DNA of 64,000 nucleotides from Coprobacillus sp. CAG:605 (GTDB lineage Bacteria; Bacillota_I; Bacilli_A; RF39; UBA660): NCBI GenBank assembly GCA_000433255.1, contig HF998225.1, positions 19,063 to 83,062 of the forward strand, read 5' to 3'. Shown piece by piece: positions 6,211 to 13,032 of this stretch (position 1 is its first letter; each line of letters starts with the position of its first letter). The notes under the pieces were generated by a model. It saw only the letters and a program-made list of their open reading frames with translations, ran no database searches and was not told where the DNA came from. The position numbers and the translations under genes were made by a program.

Positions 6211-7815
6211 CTATTCCGCACTCTTAAGCACAATCTTAGTTCTCATATTTCTTATTGTTATAATCATATTAATATAATCAGCTTTCATAAGACCAGCATC
6301 AACTTCCAAAACCACATTCCCACTCTTATCATTCTTCCTTGAAACATCACTAACACTACTATACATCGTACTATCACCATAACCATATTCCAAAGTAACA
6401 AAATCTTCATAAAAATTAGATAATTTCTTATACGTCATATAATTAGAATTATTATCTAAACTTAACTCATTACTTAAAACCATAAGCACTTTCCTAGTAT
6501 CCATCTTCGTACTTATCGTATCTTTCTTTTCATCACATTCATCTAAAAAACAATTATCATAAAGATACGTATATATTCTCGTCAAATAATAACTATTAAT
6601 CTTAATACTTGAACTAAGTAACTTTGTATTATTTAAAACAATATAATCTTCTAACTTATAAATTCCATTATCTTTTATATCATTACTAACCTTAGGACTT
6701 AAACTTATCGCTTTATACCTTGGATTAGCAATATTATTTTTATATTCAATACTATCTAATATCTTTATATTATATTTACCCTTTAACTGTTTATCACTTA
6801 ATTCATAACATATAACATACTTATGCGTTTCTCCAGCCCCTATCTTTTCTCCATAATAAGGCTCCCCTAAATCTAGAAACTTACCACTTCTATCTAACGT
6901 AGGATAAACATACTCTCCTCCAATATCTAACCAAAAATTATCCGTATCTAAAACCTTTGCACTCTTAGACTTATTACTAACCTTAACAACCACTGCCAAA
7001 TAATTAGTCCCTTCTCTAATTACATTACCTTGATAATCTCTCGTTGTAATAATAGAATCTTCCAAAGCAATATTAAAATTACTATGATTAAATGATTGAT
7101 CTACTCTAACCGTCCTATTTAAATCAAATATAAACCTACCAACAAAGAATAAAATAATAGCTAAAACAATCCCCCCAATAACCCAAAATACTTGCTTATT
7201 CTCAATAACATAATATCTTAGTTCTCTAATACTTCTTCTTAGAGTTCTTTTTATTTTATAGTCTTCTAACTTAACACCAATTTCAATCTCTTGATCATCA
7301 CTCTCCGCTATATCAATATCATCCTGTAAATTAGTAAACGATAACGTACTTAAATCAAACCCAATACAATTTAAAAACACAAAGAACATCAATATAAACT
7401 GGGGATAAAATACAAACCTTGAAATATCACGGTACAACAACGCACTAGAGCTTTCTATCGTCGTTACTTCAATACTATTAAGTATCCCCCTACATACATT
7501 AGTTAGTACAAATACCACAGTATAAAAAACAATTAAACTTAAATAAACCTTATCATTCTTATCCTTACTTTTAAATAATATATAAATTATTATACTAGCA
7601 GCCACTATTAATAATGAAACTATAGGTAAGATAAAACCAATATACTTAGAAGCTAACTCTACCTCTTCTGTAACATACCTATTACTAACAAAACTTCTAA
7701 AAAAATATACTAACATCCCACTTTTATAACAAACAAATCCCATTAATAATAATAAAATTACATTAATTATTTTAAAATGTTTTATCAAAAACTTAAATGG
7801 TTTTCTAATAATCAT
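6211..7815 (-). CDS. Polytopic membrane protein with an extracytoplasmic DUF4352-like beta-sandwich region
   Basis: About 4 N-terminal TMs are followed by an acidic linker and another TM. The segment NYLAVVVKVSNKSKSAKVLDTDNFWLDIGGEYVYP resembles the DUF4352 pattern. The family call is tentative. Confidence 0.45.
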   Translation of the reverse strand: MIIRKPFKFLIKHFKIINVILLLLMGFVCYKSGMLVYFFRSFVSNRYVTEEVELASKYIGFILPIVSLLIVAASIIIYILFKSKDKNDKVYLSLIVFYTVVFVLTNVCRGILNSIEVTTIESSSALLYRDISRFVFYPQFILMFFVFLNCIGFDLSTLSFTNLQDDIDIAESDDQEIEIGVKLEDYKIKRTLRRSIRELRYYVIENKQVFWVIGGIVLAIILFFVGRFIFDLNRTVRVDQSFNHSNFNIALEDSIITTRDYQGNVIREGTNYLAVVVKVSNKSKSAKVLDTDNFWLDIGGEYVYPTLDRSGKFLDLGEPYYGEKIGAGETHKYVICYELSDKQLKGKYNIKILDSIEYKNNIANPRYKAISLSPKVSNDIKDNGIYKLEDYIVLNNTKLLSSSIKINSYYLTRIYTYLYDNCFLDECDEKKDTISTKMDTRKVLMVLSNELSLDNNSNYMTYKKLSNFYEDFVTLEYGYGDSTMYSSVSDVSRKNDKSGNVVLEVDAGLMKADYINMIITIRNMRTKIVLKSAE

Positions 7816-7882
7816 ATCTTTAACCCTTTCTACTATATATTTTATTGTACCATAAAAAAATCCAGATAAGAATACCTGAATA

Positions 7883-8335
7883 TTAATTATTTTTATTTAT
7901 CATTAACTGTCCTGGTAATAAGTATATCGTCTCATTATACTTTAAAATATCCTCCCAATTTTTATTAAACTTATCTCTTACTATCTCTAAAGTATCTCCA
8001 TCCTTCGTAATATAAAAGCTATAACCACTCTTAGGAATTATTAATCTTTGATTAGGATAAATATAATCTTCCATATTTAATCCATTAAGTAGCGCTAGTA
8101 AACTAGGATTAATATTATACTTTCTTGCTATTTGATACAAACTATCCCCTTGATTAACCGTATAATAAGTAAAATAACTTTCTTGATTTTTAGGTACTAT
8201 TATCTCTTCTCCCGCTCTTAAATACTCTCTACTATATATATCATTAATACTTAAAATCATATCTACACTCGTATTAAATCTACTAGCAATATCCTCTAAA
8301 GTTTCTCCTTCTTTAATCAAATATTTATCATACAT
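7883..8335 (-). CDS. Protein made of three LysM repeats, no signal peptide
   Basis: There are three Y-x-V/I-x-x-GD-[ST]-L-x-x-I-A-x-x-[FY]-N repeats. The absence of an N-terminal hydrophobic segment is reminiscent of spore-coat LysM proteins. Confidence 0.7.
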   Translation of the reverse strand: MYDKYLIKEGETLEDIASRFNTSVDMILSINDIYSREYLRAGEEIIVPKNQESYFTYYTVNQGDSLYQIARKYNINPSLLALLNGLNMEDYIYPNQRLIIPKSGYSFYITKDGDTLEIVRDKFNKNWEDILKYNETIYLLPGQLMINKNN

Positions 8336-8392
8336 AAAAAATCACATCCTAGTAATAGGATATGACATCATTTATTTTATGTTAATAAGTCT

Positions 8393-8869
8393 TTAGCTTA
8401 AATCACGATATTCATACTTCTTCTTTTCATTCATCATATATTCTGTAATATTCGTTTCAATTTCATCTAGAGCATGCTTATCAATATTACTAATAGTTAC
8501 CACTTCTTTAACCGTATCTATTATTATTTGCCCCCAAATAAGTCCTTGATAAACACTTAAATCATTAAATAAGTCTGGCGTAATCGAAGTTAAGAAATAA
8601 CCATATAATAATCTTTTACGTCCAATTAGAATACGTTTATTAGTTAATGCTACTACACAAGAGTTAGTAAAATCATAAAAACAATCATTCTTTTGACCAA
8701 CAAAAGCATACAATACTTCTTCTCCTGGATTTAAATGCCTTTCTACAACACTAGCATGTTTCTTTAATCTAAAAGCCACACATCCTGGAAATTTCTTCTT
8801 AAACTCCAATACCTTAGCGTATACCGAAGAAACATCTTTTTTTGTTTTTTCAATACTAATAATACCCAT
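8393..8869 (-). CDS. Bacterial PH-domain (YokE/bPH-like) protein
   Basis: The pattern LNPGEEVLYAF...CVVALTNKRILIG...GQIIIDT fits the bacterial PH pattern. The call is tentative. Confidence 0.4.
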   Translation of the reverse strand: MGIISIEKTKKDVSSVYAKVLEFKKKFPGCVAFRLKKHASVVERHLNPGEEVLYAFVGQKNDCFYDFTNSCVVALTNKRILIGRKRLLYGYFLTSITPDLFNDLSVYQGLIWGQIIIDTVKEVVTISNIDKHALDEIETNITEYMMNEKKKYEYRDLS

Positions 8870-8888
8870 AATATCAGTCCTTACCCCA

Positions 8889-10166
8889 CTAGTATAACAT
8901 AGACTTATAAATTAGAAAAGCAATACCAACACCAATTAAACAAACAACTACCATAATAAGAATAAATAAAAATATATTTAATCCCTTATTTTCTTTCTCT
9001 TGCTTAGACTCCTCGACACTAATCTTTACAAGTTCTTCTTCCTGTTCTTTAATTTCTTGCGGAATTTTTATCTCTTTTTTAACTAACTTCTCATACTTAT
9101 CTCTAACCGTTTGATTTCTATTAACAGCGTTTAAATTAATACTAGTCTGAGTTAAAGCCATATCAATTCTACTTTCCCCAAAATCCAATCTCATTTCATG
9201 CTCTAATTCTAAAACATTATCTAAATTTTTATAAATAATCTCTCTTATTCTACTGGCATACTCTTCCTTAGTATTACTCTTAATAATCAAACTAAGACTC
9301 TTCTTATAAGCATTAATATTTTCATCTAACCCTCTAGTTATATCTTTAATATATAAATAATATTCATTAAATAAAACATCTATCAATACTTTTCTATCTA
9401 AATAATATCCATTTAACATAAAGTATTCACAAGTATTTATTGTATTATTAAAATCATATATTGACGCCATTATAACTTTCCTATTTGTAGGATTAAACAA
9501 TATACTATAAGTATCTAAATTTCTTAAATTTTCTCCAGTTATATAATCAAATAATATCATTAAAACATAATTCTTAATTAGTTTATCATCATTATTTTGA
9601 AAGTTAGCTTGTAGTACATGAAGTGGTAATCTTATTATATTACTAATTGTTTTTCTATCAGTAATCAAAGTATTTTTATCATTTTTAGATAGACTTAAAA
9701 TATAGTCTAACCAAAAACTATCTTCTAACTTACCCTCACGAGCAAGTTTAACAGCTCTCTTCATTAGATAATCAAGCCCAATAAGTTCATAACCATCTTC
9801 TAAAACACTTAAATTAATTGTTCCTTGAACATTATCATTTGTAATAAGCCTAAATATTTTAGAAGCATTAATTCCTAATAAAGTAGCAACTTCTGAGTTA
9901 ATAATATCTAAATCATCCATATATTGATATTCACTAGATTTAATAAAACCACTCTTCGTAATTGTCTTTATAACTTCTTTATTCGTACTTTCATCTGTAT
10001 CTTTCGTAGTACTAACAACTTTAACTTCCATTCGATTATGCAAATGATATTTTGAATCAATTATCTTTTCTAAGTGAACATTGCTTATTTTAGGTTCACC
10101 ATTAAATATATCTACTAAATAATACTTACTAGCATTATAAAATTTATTTCTATCTTCTTGAGGCAT
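8889..10166 (-). CDS. C-terminally membrane-anchored protein with a degenerate HipA-like (Ser/Thr kinase fold) signature
   Basis: LFDYITGENLRNLDTYSILFNPTNRKVIMASIYDF aligns by eye to the HipA core FNWLIGATDGHAKNFSVFI....LTPFYDI, but the catalytic Asp position is Leu. The upstream segment NSEVATLLGINASKIF resembles the HipA N-lobe. A single C-terminal TM is present. Confidence 0.35.
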   Translation of the reverse strand: MPQEDRNKFYNASKYYLVDIFNGEPKISNVHLEKIIDSKYHLHNRMEVKVVSTTKDTDESTNKEVIKTITKSGFIKSSEYQYMDDLDIINSEVATLLGINASKIFRLITNDNVQGTINLSVLEDGYELIGLDYLMKRAVKLAREGKLEDSFWLDYILSLSKNDKNTLITDRKTISNIIRLPLHVLQANFQNNDDKLIKNYVLMILFDYITGENLRNLDTYSILFNPTNRKVIMASIYDFNNTINTCEYFMLNGYYLDRKVLIDVLFNEYYLYIKDITRGLDENINAYKKSLSLIIKSNTKEEYASRIREIIYKNLDNVLELEHEMRLDFGESRIDMALTQTSINLNAVNRNQTVRDKYEKLVKKEIKIPQEIKEQEEELVKISVEESKQEKENKGLNIFLFILIMVVVCLIGVGIAFLIYKSMLY

Positions 10167-10281
10167 ATTTCATACTTCCTTACTATAAGTAAAGTATATC
10201 AAATATTTTGGTATTTTAAAATGGCTTTTCTAGTTTTCTTAAAAATTATTTAGAAAAAGATGTAAATTTGATACATCATAT

Positions 10282-10306
10282 TAAAAAGATGACTATTTCT
10301 AGTCAG
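10282..10306 (-). terminator. Weak terminator downstream of tmRNA
   Basis: The minus RNA UGACUA-GAAA-UAGUCA is followed by UCUUUUU. Confidence 0.4.
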
Positions 10307-10346
10307 TCCTTATCTCAACTTGAATATTTCAAGTAATTAACAAAAT

Positions 10347-10701
10347 TGGTGGAGCAGAGGAGAATCGAACTCCTGTCCAAGCTTCATAACCCTAAACCTC
10401 TACAAGTTTAGTTAATATTTAAATTTCATTATAAAACTGGCTTTAACTTACCGATTTCATAACTAGATTAGTAAAAATTCATTATTCTAACCTAATCAAT
10501 TAAAATAATATAATCTATATCTATGAACCCCTAACTAGCCTATAGATAAAACTAGAAAGAAGCCTCCATACCTTTAATTAGGCAAAAACAGGAGTGTTGA
10601 AACTATAAGTTTCGTCATTTAATTTTAATTTAAAGATTTAAGTCATTAAGACTACTTGCCATCTAGAATTAAAATAAGTTTGTCGAAACCATTGCTGCCC
10701 C
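10347..10701 (-). ncRNA. ssrA: tmRNA (transfer-messenger RNA)
   Basis: On the minus strand the 5' end GGGGCAGCAATGGTTTCGACA pairs with the 3' end ...GGAGTTCGATTCTCCTCTGCTCCACCA, which carries the T-arm, acceptor and CCA. An internal tag frame at 10578-10616 reads ...DETYSFNTPVFA-TAA, similar in style to the B. subtilis tag ...NSFNQNVALAA. Confidence 0.9.
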
Positions 10702-10709
10702 ATAAAAAG

Positions 10710-10718
10710 ATTATAACA
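10710..10718 (-). promoter_or_regulatory. Extended -10 promoter for tmRNA
   Basis: The minus strand reads TGTTATAAT, ending 8 nt upstream of the GGGG 5' end. Confidence 0.55.
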
Positions 10719-10756
10719 CACCGCTATAAAATATGCTAGCAGAAAACGCAAAATAA

Positions 10757-10785
10757 TTGACATTTTAATACTTTTGTGCTAGGAT
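10757..10785 (+). promoter_or_regulatory. Sigma-A promoter of the plus-strand three-gene operon
   Basis: TTGACA-17 nt-TAGGAT lies about 40 nt upstream of the GGGGG RBS and ATG at 10828. Confidence 0.65.
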
Positions 10786-10827
10786 AGAAACCAATTTAAA
10801 AAATTAAATGATTTAGGGGGTATTTTA

Positions 10828-12102
10828 ATGAAAAAAACATTTAATGAAAATAAAAATTATTATGCGTTACTAGGAGTTAGTGAGACTGCTAGTAAAGATG
10901 AACTTGACAAAGTAATAGGAGACATCGCTCGAAATAGTTTTAATGGTCAAGAACTAAGTGACTTCCAAGTTGACATGTTAGCTGAACTTTGGGAAGCATA
11001 TAATGTTCTTTCTGAACCAACCGCAAGAAAAGAATATGATTTAGCAAGAAAGAGAAAAGCTAAAAATAATAAAACAACTGCATCTGAAACACCAGTTGAA
11101 AAAGTTTTCACTAAAGAAAGTGAACCACAAGCCGAAAGTATTGAGCCAAAAGATGTAGCCGGATTTGCCAATGCTATTGCAGATAACTTATCTCAAACTC
11201 TTGACGATGAATATGAAAATGATGAAGATGAACAAAACAACAGTAGAAAAAAAGTTGAAACAGTAGAAGAAGTTGACGAAGAAGAAAAAGAAAGTATCTT
11301 AGCCAAAGCGAAAAATATTATCTTTAGAAAATCAACAGCGGGACTTGCTCTAGTAATAATCGCTACCGCAGTTACATTAAGAAGCTGTAGTAAAGCTAAA
11401 AATATTAAAACTGAAGACCTAGCCATTCAAACTGAAAGTACTGCCGTAGATGACACTAATGAAGTCGTTGTAGAACCAACAAGCACACCAGAAGTAACAC
11501 CTACTCCAACACCAGAAGTTGACAAGGTTAATGATGAAAATTACATGCAAGAAAAAGCTAACAACTTATGGAACAAAGTAGCAAGTAGCAATAATTCCAA
11601 ATCATCATTACCAGATAGTAATGCATGCTATGAACTAATAAAATGGGCTCACCATTCAAATCCTAATTATACTGGAACTTATACTATATCAAATGACTAT
11701 GCTTATTCAATCTTAACTGACTTATATATGGATAACATTGATATTTCAAGTATCTTCGAAGGACTAGATAGCCAAGATGCTTTGGCAAAAATCCAAAGTG
11801 CTAAACAAAATCTTAATGCTAACAACAATACTTATGAAGACGAATACAATGCCTTAACAACATTAGTAAACAGTGCCAATATGATTAAAGGCGAAACATA
11901 CAATGACTATACTGCAACTATGGCTTTCGCTGTTTATGCTAACGAAATCGTATCATTACCAAATATTACAGATGCTAGAAGCACTGATACATCATATAAT
12001 GACAACTTTAACAAAGTATATTACCCAAGTGGTCAAGCAATACTTGCTAACCTAGTTGATGGTGCATACGATGAAGACGATGCTGTAAAGTTATCTAGAT
12101 AG
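10828..12102 (+). CDS. Membrane-anchored protein with N-terminal J-domain-like region lacking HPD, a PT-rich linker and an extracytoplasmic domain
   Basis: NYYALLGVSETASKDELDKV...AYNVLSEPTARKEYD matches J-domain helices I and III/IV, but no His-Pro-Asp lies between them. An acidic region, one TM (GLALVIIATAVTL) and the linker PTSTPEVTPTPTPE follow. Confidence 0.6.
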   Translation: MKKTFNENKNYYALLGVSETASKDELDKVIGDIARNSFNGQELSDFQVDMLAELWEAYNVLSEPTARKEYDLARKRKAKNNKTTASETPVEKVFTKESEPQAESIEPKDVAGFANAIADNLSQTLDDEYENDEDEQNNSRKKVETVEEVDEEEKESILAKAKNIIFRKSTAGLALVIIATAVTLRSCSKAKNIKTEDLAIQTESTAVDDTNEVVVEPTSTPEVTPTPTPEVDKVNDENYMQEKANNLWNKVASSNNSKSSLPDSNACYELIKWAHHSNPNYTGTYTISNDYAYSILTDLYMDNIDISSIFEGLDSQDALAKIQSAKQNLNANNNTYEDEYNALTTLVNSANMIKGETYNDYTATMAFAVYANEIVSLPNITDARSTDTSYNDNFNKVYYPSGQAILANLVDGAYDEDDAVKLSR

Positions 12103-12115
12103 TAGGTAGATTAAT

Positions 12116-13030
12116 ATGAAAGTAACAAACGAAGAAAGAAATGAAAAAATAGCAACTAAAGCTAAAGACATCTTAGGCAGTAAACCACTTATTGCTATAT
12201 GTGCTGTAATAATTGCTGGAAACCTAGCTTATCCTGGCATTTCCAAATTAGTTACTGCAAAAGAAGACAATAAAGCAAATACTAAACCCGTAGCAGAAGA
12301 AACTATGGTTGAAGCAACTCCAACCCCTACTCCAGAAATAACACCAGAGCCAACTGCTTATGCTTATTCAATTAATTATTCTAACGCTGAAAGTTTTTAC
12401 AACGAGATTTTAAACAATCGTAATACTTATGGTCAAGACTTTGCATCATCATTTCAAACTGTTGAAGATGTTAAAAGTTTTATCACATTTGTTACCAAAT
12501 TTGATGAATTATATAGCTATGATGAAAACTCTACTAACATTAACTCATTAGAACAATTTCAAGAAATAATTGCTAACTACTATGGTTCATGTATTAAATA
12601 CAACGTGACACCTAACCTAAGTAGTATTCTAAACAACTATCCATATGGAGCTCAAAAAGTTAGTGAAACTGAGCAAATAGCTAAAACCTTAATAAATGGT
12701 AACGGTAATGATTTCACAATTGTTAACAACTATTTTAAATGGTATAGTGACAATCTATGTAATGGTCAAATAAGTACAACGAGTATTAAAAATGCACCAA
12801 TTGTGGTTATTCTAAATGAAGAATATAAACAATATCGTAACCAAGGTAATATGGCATCCGCTAGAATAATTGAATTACCAAAAGATGTTGATGGTAATAT
12901 ATGTCCCAATACAATAGATAAAGTCATGCTTAATGAAATTGATTATACAAAAGGTGCTAGTGGTATGTTTGATATCGTATATGATACAATTGAAAGCAAA
13001 TGTAATACCTATAAATTAGAAAGGAAATAA
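12116..13030 (+). CDS. N-terminally anchored protein with PT-rich linker, unknown function
   Basis: A single TM (LIAICAVIIAGNLAY) is followed by ATPTPTPEITPEPTA and an approx 220-aa domain with 4 Cys. It lies 13 nt after the upstream stop and has an AGGTAG RBS. Confidence 0.55.
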   Translation: MKVTNEERNEKIATKAKDILGSKPLIAICAVIIAGNLAYPGISKLVTAKEDNKANTKPVAEETMVEATPTPTPEITPEPTAYAYSINYSNAESFYNEILNNRNTYGQDFASSFQTVEDVKSFITFVTKFDELYSYDENSTNINSLEQFQEIIANYYGSCIKYNVTPNLSSILNNYPYGAQKVSETEQIAKTLINGNGNDFTIVNNYFKWYSDNLCNGQISTTSIKNAPIVVILNEEYKQYRNQGNMASARIIELPKDVDGNICPNTIDKVMLNEIDYTKGASGMFDIVYDTIESKCNTYKLERK

Positions 13031-13032
13031 TT

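Noticed and set aside
6076-10701. The idea that the genes between tRNA-Cys and tmRNA, or the flanking accessory loci, form an integrated genomic island.
   Set aside because: No integrase, recombinase, transposase, or duplicated tRNA/tmRNA 3'-end (att-like) repeat was seen. Base composition looks like the rest of the window. Comparative genomics could revisit this.
10947-11426. Two minus-strand ORFs (10947-11171 and 11193-11426) inside the J-like gene, plus the alternate-frame ORF 14144-14422 inside the Cys-repeat gene.
   Set aside because: They are antisense or out-of-frame shadows of longer ORFs that have good RBS and domain structure. Their composition is Ser/Leu-rich nonsense.
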